This document shows, one piece after another, positions 38,192 through 51,691 of a stretch of DNA of 64,000 bases (positions within the stretch are counted from its first letter, which is position 1; the number at the start of each line of letters is the position of its first letter). The stretch comes from Octopus vulgaris (taxonomy: Eukaryota). The translations under genes and the position numbers were made by a program. The stretch covers positions 6,200,001 to 6,264,000 of the forward strand of contig OX597827.1 of NCBI GenBank assembly GCA_951406725.2, in the 5' to 3' direction. Under the pieces are notes generated by a model that was not told the DNA's origin, ran no database searches, and was given only the letters and a program-made list of their open reading frames with translations.

Positions 38192-38395
38192 CTGTTCTAC
38201 TTTAGGCACAAGGCATGAAATTTTGGGGGAGGGAGCCAGTTAATTAGATCAACCCCCACCCTCCCTCCAGTTCACAACTGGTACTTAATTTATTGACCCT
38301 GAAAGGATGAAAGGGAAGGTCAGCCTTGGCATAATTTGAACTCAGAACATAAAGACAGACGAAATATTGCAAAGCATTTTGCCTGGCTTGCTAAG
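38192..38395 (-). mobile_element. SINE family B
   Basis: CTGGTACTTAATTTATTGACCCTGAAAGGATGAAAGG...TTTGAACTCAGAAC. Confidence 0.8.
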
Positions 38396-39299
38396 GACAT
38401 GTAAATAATAAGTAAGGACTCTATATGTTTCATTAAACTTTGTAAAAACACATACCTAGAAAAATAAAATATCTTTTATTGCATGGATAATTTGGTGTTA
38501 GAGATATGTAGGCTATAATGGCCATATAGTATGGATGAATAGCATATTGTATAAGAATAAAGTATGAAATGATTTACTAAGAGCATCTTCACATGTGTTT
38601 CTGTGGCAATTACACAATGACTATTTAGAATTATTCTTACACATTTTTAGAGAGTGAGAAAAATAGAGAGAGAGGGAGAGAGAGAGAGAGGGGTTGGGAG
38701 AGCGAGAGTGAGCAAGGAGACAAGAGAGAAAGACAGAGAAAGCATCTATAACATTCTTGGATGATACCGAAAGCATTTATATGGGACCACAAAATTGCAT
38801 TCAAGTGTCAATATTACCAAATGAAAAGTGACATCCGAGTTATCCCAGTGAAAGACAATAATGTTATTCAGTAAAAGAAATCCATAAACCTTAAATTGTA
38901 TGCTAGGTATTATAAGCTACCTTAAAATTCTTGGGTAACTATAGATAGCAAGCTGGGAATTAGAAAGAAGAGCCACAATCTACAAAGTGCTAATGTCATG
39001 TATCATAAAGTACACGTACGTGTATCTCCTGGGTGAATACTTATCATAACATACTTAACCTTTTCAAATCAGTCTAGTTTCAGATTCACCACATTTGCTT
39101 GATGTGAGGTTTCCGAAAATATCATCATCATCATCATCATCATCATCATTTAGCATCCGTTGTCCATACTGGCATGGTTTGGACTGCTGCAATATGTGCA
39201 TGAATCTCAGAATGGAATATGATGAATAAAATTATAATTGATTCTTCTGTATTTTCTTGTACCCAAAAGACAAGAACTTTTCAGTACCTCCACGTAGAT

Positions 39300-39850
39300 G
39301 TGGAAAACATCAAAGCGAATAAATCAAGGATTACTGGACAGGCCAAGACTGGTTTTGGTGAGGTCGAACATATTTTATCAAATAAATGGTTATCAATAAG
39401 AATGAGACAAAGTCTCCAAAAAGTTTACATCAAACATATCCTTACATATAGTTTGTGATTTGGGGGGGTCATCAACAAACAAGTGCAAAAACTCATCAAT
39501 GCTGCAAGGATGTGGTTCTTTGGAAGAATGCTGATCATGTCTTATACAGAGAGAGTGAGAAAGTAACAAACATTAAGACCCTGAGACAAGTAAAGACCAC
39601 CAGGAAGTTTCTTAACTGTATAAGGAGGCAACTGGTTTGGTTCAGTGGACATGATATGGGAAAGAAAAGACTCGGTGACAACCAGGAAGCTGAAAGGAAG
39701 AAGAATCCAAGAAAGAAAGAGAATGAATAATACTCAATGGTTTTACATGATGGCTTTTGAAAGACTGGGTCAATAAGTGCTAAGTTGTGTGTATGACAAG
39801 GGAACATGTGGGCTCCTGATTGCTAATGTCAAGGTATAGCACACGAAGAG
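39300..39850 (+). mobile_element. Decayed RTE-clade LINE 3' fragment
   Basis: QAKTGF..ILSNKWLSIRMRQ..KVYIKHILTYS, MWFFGRML, KVTNIKTLRQVKTTRKFLNCIRRQLVWFSGH: RTE C-terminal motifs with frameshifts. Confidence 0.8.
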
Positions 39851-40103
39851 AGGGAAAGAGAGAGGGAGGGAGAGAGGTCCATTGTTGGATGTCTCCCATT
39901 TCATGCCTGACTTGTTATTGCCACTATGCTTGCTTGACAATGACTGGATATTTGGTCAAACTTAATATTCCTTTTCCCCGGCTGAGTGTAAAGGAAAATG
40001 CTACAGCCATATATATATGTATATGTATATATATATATGAGTGTGTGTATACATATTTATATATATATATATATCCACACACACACACATATATATGTAT
40101 GTA

Positions 40104-40138
<35 letters not shown>

Positions 40139-40142
40139 ATCA

Positions 40143-40176
<34 letters not shown>

Positions 40177-40180
40177 ATCA

Positions 40181-40222
<42 letters not shown>

Positions 40223-40239
40223 ATATATATATATATATA

Positions 40240-40470
40240 TACTCTCTTTTACTCTTTTATTTGTTTCAGTCATTTGACTGCAGCCATGCTGGAGCACTGC
40301 CTTTAGTCAAGCAAATCGACCCCAGGATTTATTCTTTGTAAGCCTAGTACTTATTCTATCCATATATTTTGCCGAACCACTAAGTTACAGGGATGTAAAC
40401 ACACCAGCATTGGTTGTCAAGCGAAGTTTGGGGGACAAACACAGACACACAAACACACACACACACATAT
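40240..40470 (-). mobile_element. SINE family A 3' half
   Basis: Homology to the family A tail module. Confidence 0.85.
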
Positions 40471-42759
40471 ATATATGTGTGTGAATGAAGATTCGAATTT
40501 AGCACAGAGTGTTCTTCACTGAAGTGAAATCTGGTTGAAACACGTGTATCTGATGATCTACTGATACTTTATGTGAGCTCTGTGTTTTTGACAAAAAAGT
40601 TTCTTAAAAAAGTTTCTCTGAGATAAAATATTTAATCTAATGCTGTTGTGTTTTTGTATATATAACATAAATGTTATATGCATCATTATTTTGATTTTAT
40701 ACTATTTCTAAAGCATGTGTGTATATGTATCTGTATACACACACACATAATTATACAAGTTTGTGTGTGTGTGTATAATGATATTCACATTACATCATGA
40801 AATATGATGTGTGTACTACTGTTTGGCAAATTTACTTCAAACTTTTCAATTTTAATCCCAATTAACTTTTTCATAATATTATTATATTCCGGAGTTCATC
40901 TCCGTTGCAGCAATTGACTAAAATTTTCAGCTTCAGCTGGAGAAACAAACTCACTTCCCTCTAACAAAAGATGAAGAAAAAAAATAATTAAATAAAAAAA
41001 AAAAAAATAAAATTTATCAATTTCAGATTCCTTCAAAAACTAAAACCTGCAGCAAATAATTTGGAAGAAACCCAACATTGATAACATGATACGCCATTTT
41101 CTTTTTTTAGTTAAACAGGTGTCAATGTCTCTGAAGAGATGCTGATTATATTTTTTTACTTCTTTCTTCTTTCATTTCTTTCTGTTTTTCTTATTTTCTT
41201 ATTTATTTGTTTATTTATTTAATTTTGTAATCATTTTCAAATCAGCTGGATTTTCTTTCTTAAAAAATAGCAGAATAGAAATTCAAATACTATTAGGGTA
41301 TTTGTTAATATTCTTAGTGATTATTACATTTTCACATGTTTATCTAATTTTGTATTGAACGATGTCATTTTGTTTATTTGTTCAATTGTTTATTTTAGTT
41401 TAGCAAAATAGTATTAGACCTCAAATATTTATAAAAGTATTAGGTAGGAAGAATTTGGGAATGTGGTGCAAAATAAAATTTATAAAAAAATGATCAGATG
41501 TCTGAAAACATTAGACTTTCACGTTGAAGATATCAAATGGTAAACATAATTCCTAATTTTCATACTAGATTCAGATATGATTCAATTCATTTCAGCGATT
41601 CTTTGAAACAACACCAAATAAGACAAACTAAATAAACAATTCATTTGTTTATTTTATATTATCTACCGACAGATGATAAAAGGATTCTGGGAGAAACTCA
41701 AAATAAATAGTAAATGAAGAAAGTAACATTTTTTTTCCCCTGTTAGTACATACATCTAATGAAGTCTATCAACCATATCTAATTACTGATTGCTGTCATA
41801 GATTTTATATAATTGAAATGAAAAAGGAAAAAAAACCAGTGGAACATATTCTTCTCACATTTGCTCGTAGTCTAGTTTATTTGTGTGAAATACAATGAAT
41901 CAAGCAAATGATGAGAAAACAGCACAGAGACAAGATATATATCGACTTGTTATATATCTAAAGAGACAGAAAAAACACTGGTGAATTATGAATGCATTTA
42001 GAGATATCACGGCTTCTGTCATGGCATCATACATTAACTTAATTTACCAAGTTAGTATTGAAAGTTTTTATCTCACAGATGGATGTTGAAAGGGAATGCG
42101 TGAAAATGGTAATGCAACCCTTTAATTTACTAACATAAATGCTCCTGTTTATGTAAATAGCCACTTCTCTGTCTTTTCCTGTATAGCGTTTGATGTCTAT
42201 GTAAATAGCTATTTTTCCTCTTTATTATGAAAATTGAAATTTCACTATAATTGGTTTTATGACTAGCTTCTTTTCCCAAGAATCTCTCATGCACTGCAAC
42301 AACAAGAATAAATTCCATAATTTCTAATATCAAATGAACTAAAAAAAAAAATATAAAACAAAGAATACAAAAAAAGATCGGAGATAATTCTCCTAAAGTA
42401 TGTATAACATATCTGTAATGACAGAGGCCTTTCTAATGATTTTTAAACCATAGATTTTTGTACAAGAACGGCATGACGTGATGCTTCAACAGTATTGGAA
42501 GCAATACCTACAATATCTTTACCCAGTGATCACATGGAGAAAATGGATCAGCTAATTCAGTTGCTTCCATGTGTTTCCAGAGCCATTATTTTTCACAGTT
42601 GTATATATACATGTATAAGAGTGTGTGTACGTACGTGTTTGCATGTATATATGTTTGTATGTAAGTATGTATGTATATATATATATATATGTACGTATGT
42701 ATATATACATATATATATATATGTATATATATGTGTCTGTGTGTGTGTATTTTGATATA

Positions 42760-42830
<71 letters not shown>

Positions 42831-42834
42831 GACC

Positions 42835-43033
42835 TTGTGTGTACCGTTGGCGATTTTTTTCCTCTGTCTTCCCTTCTCGGGATTTTTCCTTCTCCTATGT
42901 TTCCGACAAAGAGCTCCGCTCGAAACGTTAAACCCTCCTTCTTCCCTTCTTTCCTGAGCATCCAATAATACTATATTTGTTCCACGTCCTCACAGTGTTG
43001 TGTTTTTTTTGTGTTTTCTTGTTTGGATTAACT
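42835..43033 (+). mobile_element. Penelope-like pseudo-LTR family P1
   Basis: Homologous to 4372-4573. Motif CCGACAAAGAGCTCCGCTCGAAACGTTAAAC. TA-repeat flanks. Confidence 0.7.
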
Positions 43034-43623
43034 ATATATATATATATATATTCATGTATGTTAAGTAATGAATGACAGAAAAGCGGGAGTTATGTAATTA
43101 GCCTAATGCCGTTTCTGCTATAAGAAGCATTGCACACAAAACTGAGCACTTGTGCAACATCCTATAGCTTCTTCAGAGACATTAATGCTCAAAACAGCTG
43201 TAAGCTAATGAAGATGAGCATTTAACTCTTATTCTTTTGTCAGTCATCATCATCATTGTTTAATGTCTGATTTCCATGCTAGCATGGGTTGGACGATTTG
43301 ACTGAGGACTGGTGGACCAGATGGCTGCACCAGGCTCCAGTCTGATCTGGCAGAGTTTCTACAGCTGGATGCCCTAATTAATATTACATTCTGTACTTAT
43401 GCTATTGCTTTACTCTTAAGCATATGTATATTGAGTTCTAGCAACTAGTTATTTGTATCACTATGCCTAAGCGTAATAATAATATACCTAATTAAATCGG
43501 ACTTAATAGATTTCAGCTTCATAGGACTCTACATCACACTCCTATGTATTGGTTTACTATGTGGTTTGTAGCCTGGTCCACTAAAGGAGCTTTTTAGTGA
43601 TTACCACTGGATTATATAAATCC

Positions 43624-43654
<31 letters not shown>

Positions 43655-43655
43655 A

Positions 43656-43752
<97 letters not shown>

Positions 43753-43869
43753 ATATATATATATATACATATACATAAATAAATAAATGCACCCTTTAAA
43801 AGCCTAGCCAGGCTCATGGGCCCGGTTTCCCAGTTTCAATGGCATATGTATTCCCCAGCTGGAATACAT

Positions 43870-44211
43870 ATGATCCTGATGATAATGATGATGAAGAGGA
43901 GGATGTTAATGGTGGTGTTGATGGTGAAACCAATGGTGATGATGATGTTGATGCCAATGACAACAATACTGTTGCTGCTGCAGCTGCCGCAGCTTCCTCC
44001 ACCGCTGCAACTACCACAACTCCTGTGGCCACCACCAACGATGATGACGACGATGATGATGATGACAATGATGAGGAGGATGATTATGGTGGCGATTTTA
44101 ATGGTGAAGATGATGATGATGCTGATGGTGATGATGACAACAGTGACGACAACAATGACGACAATGGCGACGGCAACAATGGTGACGATGATGATATATG
44201 ACAACAATAAC

Positions 44212-44242
<31 letters not shown>

Positions 44243-44370
44243 GTAATGAAAATGGTGACGATGATGATGATGATGACGATGATGATGATGATAGCAATAG
44301 TGATGAGAATGATGATGATGGTGATGATGATGAGGATGAGGATGAAGATGAGGATGAGGATGATGATAAC
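43870..44370. repeat. Degenerate (GAT/GAC/GGT/GCT) trinucleotide low-complexity tract
   Basis: Direct inspection. Confidence 0.85.
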
Positions 44371-45362
44371 ATATCAGCAGTCATGGTTGTAAAGAAATAA
44401 TTATCTAATTAAGCCATTAACTTACACTTATTACTCACATCTTTCTTCGTATTTGTGACACTTCTCCTTTTCCCTATTTCTTGATTTTCTTACTTTTTTT
44501 TTTTATTTCTCTTCGCTAAAACCTATTATCCCTTATTCTTCCCATTTATTTACATCTTCCTCGTACAATCTCCAAACTTGCCCCTCGAAATACATCATTA
44601 ATATAATATTTGCATTTCTCAAATGATTCTAATTTTGTTTATCCAATCAAACCATAATTTCATATTTAACCAAATGTAGTTTGTTTGATATTTGCCTTTT
44701 TTTTTTGCGGTGGATTTCTTTTCTTTTTCTTTCTTTCTTTCTTTTTGTTTTGGAAAGGCAAATTTTCATAAGAAACCTTACTTTTGCTTGTTAAAAACAT
44801 GCCATAACAACACACATTTATTACAGACCAGTAAAATTTTAGTGACAGGCCAGACAAATTTGACTGGCAGCTTAGATATAGACAGCAGATTTCACTCTAT
44901 TTACAGCCATTCCTCTTCATCATGAAGACAGCATCTGAACCGCATAGAAAATAAATGAGAGATAACCACAATAATTTTTGTTTCCATTTTGATTTTTTTC
45001 TTTTATGTTATAGACGATAAAACTGTTTCCAAAAATTATGGTTTCACTTTATCTTAATTTTAGAATATTTCCATCTAAGAAAACCCCATGGCTAGAAGCA
45101 AAACTGCATAGTAAAGAAGCTTGCCTTATAAGTATTTGATTCCTGACTGAAATTTCGCTGTGCAGCAAATCAGATGTGTTTTCAACTGTATTTCTTCTGG
45201 GGTTTGACCAATGACTTGTGAAAGATGCATAGTTGACAGAAACTGTGAGGAAAAGCACAGTGTTCGTTTGTGTGGATATATATATATATATAAAACACTT
45301 ACTCAGAGTTACACATTCCCATTCGTCAGATACACACACACATTTATATATATATATATATA

Positions 45363-45765
45363 TCATCATCATCATCGTTTAGCGTCCGCTTTCCATGCTA
45401 GCATGGGTTGGACGGTTCAACTGGGGTCTGGGAAGCCAGAAGGCTGCACCAGGCCCATTCTTATCTGGCAATGTTTCTACGGCTGGATGCCCTTCCTAAC
45501 GCCAACCACTCCGTGAGTGTAGTGGGTGCTTTTTACGTGCCAGACGGAGCTGGCAAACGGCCACGGTAGGATGCTGCTTTTTACGTGCCACCGGCATGGT
45601 GGCCAGGCGAGGCTGGCAAATGGCCATGATCGGATGGTGCTTTTTATGCGCCACCGGCACAGAGGTCAGTTGGGGCGGTGCTGGCAATGGCCACGGTCGG
45701 ATGGTTCGCTTACGTGCCACAGGCACTGGTATCACAGCTGCAATTACCATTGATGTTGATCGACT
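45363..45765 (-). mobile_element. SINE-like family C with four internal sub-repeats
   Basis: TTTTACGTGCCA-type units at about 45530, 45578, 45640 and 45710. Confidence 0.88.
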
Positions 45766-46619
45766 TCGATTTTGGTTCTGATTTTGATTATATATATATA
45801 TGTATGCATGTATGTATGTATGTATGTATATATTATTATCATCACCATCATTTAACTTCCATTTTCCTGGCATGGGTTTTATGAGCTGACAGGAGCAGGT
45901 GAGGCTGGCAGAGTCATATCAAGCTACACTGTCTGTTTTGGCATGGTTTCTATGACTGGAAGCCCTTCCTAATGCCAACCACCTTACAAGTGTGAAGTGG
46001 GTGCTTTTTATGTGGCACCATGTCTACTCTAACCTTTCATCATATATCATAAAATGTTTCCTGTCCCTATTGTAGTTCCACTCATTCAGTAGGGGATCTT
46101 AGTCTTGTAAGCTATATCACAACATCACTTGTGCCTGTATAACGAAAACATGTACCCCTACACTCTGTAAAGTGGTTGGTATTAAGAAGGGCATCCAGCC
46201 ATAGAAACCATGTCAATGTCGACTTTGAGAGTGCAATGCAATTATTCAAACTGTGAGTTATTGTCAGACCATCTAATCCATGCCAGAATAGGAGATGAAT
46301 GTTAAAAGACAATGAAGAAGTGGAGGGGGAAAAAAGATGGTGATGACATCCTGCCCACACATACACATATATATACAAACATTTTTTTCTCTCAAAAGTT
46401 TTGTAAATAATTCTGTGAGTTGCCAGAATCGCTGTAACATTAGATAAAAGGCTTTGTGTTATTAGATTTTTCTATATGCTTTGATCATCTCACAGACTAT
46501 ATTATTAGACATCCTATCCTAATTTTATCTCATCCATTGCTGAGGTGTGGAAACCATTTTATATTTCAAGACCTACCTACATTGAATTCAGTGTAATGTA
46601 ATAAGACTGCATTTAAAGC

Positions 46620-47080
46620 CTTGTAATTAAGAAGTTTGCACTGAAACCATGCCGTTTCGAGTTCGATCCCACCGCATGACATCTTGCTTAGGATTAAGTT
46701 TCTTCTACTGTAGCCTCAGGATAACAAATGCTTTGTGAGTGAGAATTCGCTGAAGGAAACTATATGAAAGCCTGTCATATATATTCGTGTGTATGTGTAT
46801 GTGTGTGTGTGTGTGTGTGTGCACGTGCATGCATGCATGTATGCATGTGTGTGAGTCTGTGTCTATGCTTGTGTATAGCAGTGCGTACGTATGTGTTGAG
46901 TTGCAGCCCATTTCTTAAAGCGATAAACTTGGAAGTTTAGCAAAGGAGACCGATAAAATAAGTTCTAGGTTTAAAAAAAAAGTCCTGGGGTCGAATTGTT
47001 TGACTAAAACCCTTCAAGGCAGTGCCCCAGCATGGCTGCAGTCAAATGATTAAGGCAAGTAAAAATTAAAAGATAAAAAA
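46620..47080 (+). mobile_element. SINE family A, old copy
   Basis: GAGTTCGATCCCACCGC...CCTGGGGTCGA...CAGCATGGCTGCAGTCAAATGA. Confidence 0.75.
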
Positions 47081-47089
47081 CTATCCATT

Positions 47090-47484
47090 CTCTTACTCTT
47101 ACTCTTTACTCTTTTACTTGTTTCAGTCATTTGACTGTGGCCATGCTGGAGCACCGCCTTTAGTCGAGCAAATCAACCCCGAGACTTATTCTTTGTAAGC
47201 CCAGTACTTATTCTATCGGTCTATTTTTGCTGAACCGCTAAGTGACGGGGACGTAAACACACCAGCATCGGTTGTCAAGCAATGCTAGGAGGACAAACAC
47301 TGACACACAAACACACACACATATATATATATATACATATATACGACAGGCTTCTTTTCAGTTTCCGTCTATCAAATCCACTCAGGGCTATAGCAGAAGA
47401 CACTTGCCCAAGATGCCACGCAGTGGGACTTAACCCGGAACCATGTGGTTGGTTAGCAAGCTACTTACCACACAGCCACTCCTG
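47090..47484 (-). mobile_element. SINE family A, young copy with small internal deletion
   Basis: Homology to family A. CCACTC is joined directly to AGGGCTATAG. Confidence 0.9.
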
Positions 47485-48741
47485 TTGAGATTAATAAAAT
47501 AAGTAAGAAACTGAAATACCGAAGTAAATAAAATGCCTTGAAAGTGATGTCCTAGAATGACCATAGTCCAGGGACTGAAACTTGTAAAAGAATACAAGAG
47601 CATAGAGAAAAAAATATTACCCTGTATGTGGAAGCTAAAAGCTTTCTCATTTCTCTTGATTGCTAAACTACAGGTACTTTTAAGAAGAAAAAGAAAAGAA
47701 AAAAGAATCAAAAACACATTTCATGAATTTCTTCCAAACTGCAATTATTTCCCATCTATAAGAAATGTTTTGCTTTATAAAATGTTTAATTAATATATCA
47801 CTGTTTATAACATGCTGACGATGTCTAAAAAGAACAAAATAGTGGTACACATGATTACCACTGACAAGACATCTTAAGAACTCCTTGATAAATAAATAAA
47901 GGAAAGGAAAAAATAAGTATTTGTGAATTCTAAGCAACTTTTTTGGAATTAATAATTCCTTAATTTCAAATTCGTATTTCTAATCCCATTAACTATTAAG
48001 AAATTATCACCCTTATAATAACTGTCCCCTAGAAGATTACAATGCAATTATGATTATTGTGAAAATATATTTATAAACATTAAAGTAAGAAATAAAAGTG
48101 TAAACTGGTCTTTTAATGACTTCTTGATCCCCCCACACACATACAAACATTTATGGAATAAGGATAACTATATAGTTATGCTTGTTTTATGTAAAATCTA
48201 GACTTATTCCAGAAGAGCACACTAATAAGCCTTATATGAGACCCACGGTCTCAAGGTCATTGGTTACTCAATACTGACATAAGCAATTGAGTCTAAAATA
48301 TTCTTCACCTTATACATGTTTATCTAAATTCATTTGCTTAATCATTTTGATAGGAAATCAGAAAGCAACAATCAAACGTCTTGGATGTTGCTGAATGTGT
48401 AAATCAAGTTTCAAGTCAGAAGTCATCTAAAGGCAAGCATTTATGAAATCATGAATATAGGAATTATTAAAAAGATAATTTGAGTCTTTCAGTGATTACA
48501 AGAATTGCTTTCATATCTGAAAACAATAAAAGAGTAGAAAGTAGGACACAATCTGCTAAAAATTAAGTTATCAGAAAAATTATCATCTAAATAGCAAAAT
48601 CACGACATATTAGAACGCAAGTTACTTATTTACTTTTATGTTATACATCTATCCTTGTTTATCACAATAGGGTTCGGGTGGAATCGACGATAATAGAATC
48701 ATATTTGTGCAGTTTGTAGATAGATAGAATAGCAGATTCAT

Positions 48742-49170
48742 AAGGCGGCGAGCTGGTAGAAATGTTAACACACTGGGTGGAATGCTTAATGGTATTTCGT
48801 CTGCCGCTACGTTCTGAGTTCAAATTCTGCCGAGGTCGACTTTGCCTTTCATCCTTTTGGAGTCAATTAAGTAAGTGTCAGTTACACACTGGGGTCGATG
48901 TAATTGACTGAATCCCTTTGTCTATCCTTGTTTGTCTCTTCTATGTTTAACCCCTTGTGGGCAATAAAGAAATAGGTATTTCGTCTACCGCTACGGTCTG
49001 AGTTCAAATTCTGCCAAGGTCGACTTTGCCTTTCATCCTTTCAGGGTAGATAAATTAAGTACCAGTTACGCACTTGGGTCGATGTAATCGACTGAATCCC
49101 TTTGTCGATCCTTGTTTGTCCCTTCTATGTTAAGCCCCTTGTGCTCAATAAAGAAATAAGAAATAAGAAT
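48742..49170 (+). mobile_element. SINE family B tandem dimer (full copy plus headless copy)
   Basis: Junction AATAAAGAAATA|GGTATTTCGTCT at about 48974. Both units end in the L1/Tx1-like tail. Confidence 0.9.
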
Positions 49171-49374
49171 AGCAGCTTCATTGATGCCAAACACACGGTC
49201 CACAACAGTGAAGCTTCTACCATATCATATTTTGCATATTTTTTTTATCATCTCTAACTTTTCCTGTGGAGAATTGATTCATTTACGTTCTTTGTTAAGA
49301 TCAGACACCTTTGTATTTCTTTCTCTTTACTACTTCCATGTTGATGGGTAGAGTTTCTTCCTTCCTGATTAATA

Positions 49375-49605
49375 TTGACCCATAAGGGCTGGTTTCCCAC
49401 TTTCCAAGCTGTATATACTCCCCCAGCTCCCTGCCAAGATGGTACACTGTTCCAGCGCAGGATTACTCATTTTTGCCAGCTGAGTGAACTGAAGCAACAT
49501 GAAATGAAGTGTTTTGCTCAAGAACACAATGTGTTGCCCAGTTCAGGAATTGAAACCACATCTTATGATCAGGGGTCCAACATTCTAACCACTAAGCCAC
49601 ACCCC
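49375..49605 (-). mobile_element. SINE D-related copy with a third 3' module
   Basis: Head and core as in family D. The tail GGCTGGTTTCCC is shared with the fragment at 43790-43865. Confidence 0.7.
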
Positions 49606-49679
49606 CTCCACCATGCTGATGGGTACAAGAATATAAATCAGTTTAAGAAATACACAAATTCACAGCACGGTGGTGTAAA

Positions 49680-49948
49680 CTCTCTCTCTCTCACCGCTCA
49701 GTCGAAGTCGACTCTTGGTCACTTGTTGGATCAGTGTCCTCCAGTCAGTTCTATCCTGGACCGCTTCCTTCAGACTGGCCATGTCCATTCCGGTATCACT
49801 CCTGATGGTGTCAAGCCAGCAGGTTCTTGGTTCTGCCTCTTCCTCTCTTGCCACTGACCATTCCAAGCATGATTTCCTTCTCCAGGGATTCTCTCCGCAT
49901 AATATGACCGAAATATGCCAATCTACGCTTGGTGATCCCAACTTCTAG
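49680..49948 (-). mobile_element. RTE/BovB-like LINE 3' end with (GA)n tail
   Basis: LAYFGHIMRRESLEKEIMLGMVSGKRGRGR, then after a frameshift WLDTIRSDTGMDMASLKEAVQDRTDWRTLIQQVTKSRLRLSG. Confidence 0.88.
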
Positions 49949-51039
49949 TAAACACAAGCAATGTATTCAGTGCATTCTGGGTAGTTGAGCTTTGTGAGTT
50001 GTCACTGGGGCCACGCTTTTTGCAATACAAGCAGAACCTTTGAATGATCACTGATCCATATTATCTATGACAACTGTAGCATGATCCACCATTGAGCATA
50101 CTGTGTTAATCCTGGATCAGTAGTGAATGACTCAGGCTACATGTGCTTCCTTTGATGAATGCTAGAGTCATTTCTTACACATCACTAATGAATCAATCAT
50201 TGATTCAGTGCATTTCTCTCAATGACAGTAACACTCTATTGTCTGCACAACTCAGCAGCAGGATTTACAAGGGAGTGAGTGCTGGAGGTGTATCATACCT
50301 GGGTCTGATAATTTCCTTTGAAGAAGATTAGCATTCACAGAATAGAAAGGAGCCCAAAAGAAACTTTGTACCTCTAGATAAAATTCTCCTCTGATATCCT
50401 GCTTGGCAAAACAAATATCACACAAGGTTCTTGTATCAAAGGAAAAACTGTAAATAATAGCATATTGAAAATCCCTTTTGGACAGAAAAAGTCAAAGACT
50501 GCACATAGGTTTCAAATCTCCAATAGACAAGACAGGCATTCTACTGTTGTCTCATATGCTGGTTTCAACTTTTTCTATCCAAAAGAGATTTTCAGTTCAA
50601 TATTTATATGCTATCGTTTATAGCTTCATGTGCTTCAAGATCCAGTGTTCCGAAAACGAATTATTTCATGTTCTCTAGAAAGTTTGTAAATTTTTATGAA
50701 GTCATCATCAACGTGGTATTTATATTTAAAAGCGCAAAATTATTTCCTTCCACTGTACACAGGTTAGATATACAGATACATATATTAGCTCATTAACATA
50801 CATGTATATATTATATATGTATGCACATACATATATATATATGTATATATACATACATATATATATGTATATATATACATATATATACATGTACACACAC
50901 ACATACACATACACACACACAAACACACACATACTGTTGTCTAAATTACGCAAAAATGCAAGCAACACACCAACAGCCTTTTTTAATATATATATTTACC
51001 AAAGTTGCATAAAAATATCTTGAAATACTAAAGAGAGTA

Positions 51040-51560
51040 AATTTATTCAATAAAATCGCCATTGGTTTCAACCACAACCTCCAGATGACTTTGGAATCCC
51101 CTGCAACTCTTCTAGATGGGCCCTTTGTTTAAATTGGTGAATACTGCCATAATCCCGGCCTTCAGTTCATTTTTGGTGTTACAAGGAGTTTTGTTGGCAT
51201 CTCGCTCAACTGTGCCCCACACATAATAAACAAGGAGGTTGCTGTCTGGGGAGTTAGGTGGCCAGATGTTAGGGGTGATGTGGTCACAGAAATTATCTGA
51301 CAGTCATGACTGGGTTCTCCTACTTGTGTGACATGGTGCAAAATTCTGTTACCAGACATAGGGTGTTCCAGCAGCCACCCTCTTCACCCAGGGCAGCACT
51401 ACCTCCTCCAGGGACTTGATGTAGGCCTTCTTGTTGAGTGTGAGGCTGTGTGGGAAGATGATGGGAGGCATACTGTCTGCATTACTAGTGATCACTCCAA
51501 ATGCCATGATGTTGACTGGATGCTTGATTTTTCTCACTCTCACAGACACAGCAAGTCAAC
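51040..51560 (-). pseudogene. Tc1/mariner (DD37D/maT-like) transposase remnant
   Basis: KHPVNIMAFGVITSNADSMPPIIFP...YIKSLEEVVLPWV...YVW*QNFAPCHTSRRTQ...WPPNSPDSNLLVYYVWGTVE...NGDFIE, with stops. The element probably extends to about 50935-51995. Confidence 0.85.
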
Positions 51561-51658
51561 AGTTGCTCTGTGTGTTCACCATCTGTTCCTAATGGAGCTT
51601 CATGTTTAAGAAAAAACAAAAGATTTTACATTTTATTCTTTATGAACGCTGTCACTTA

Positions 51659-51691
<33 letters not shown>

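Noticed and set aside
40512-40560. CTGAAG...GAAACACGTGT hammerhead-like remnant
   Set aside because: The core lacks the GA and no convincing stems I/II form. At most a decayed pseudo-LTR.
43816-44400. Acidic or Met-rich ORFs
   Set aside because: Degenerate trinucleotide tract whose start codons lie in a SINE tail fragment.
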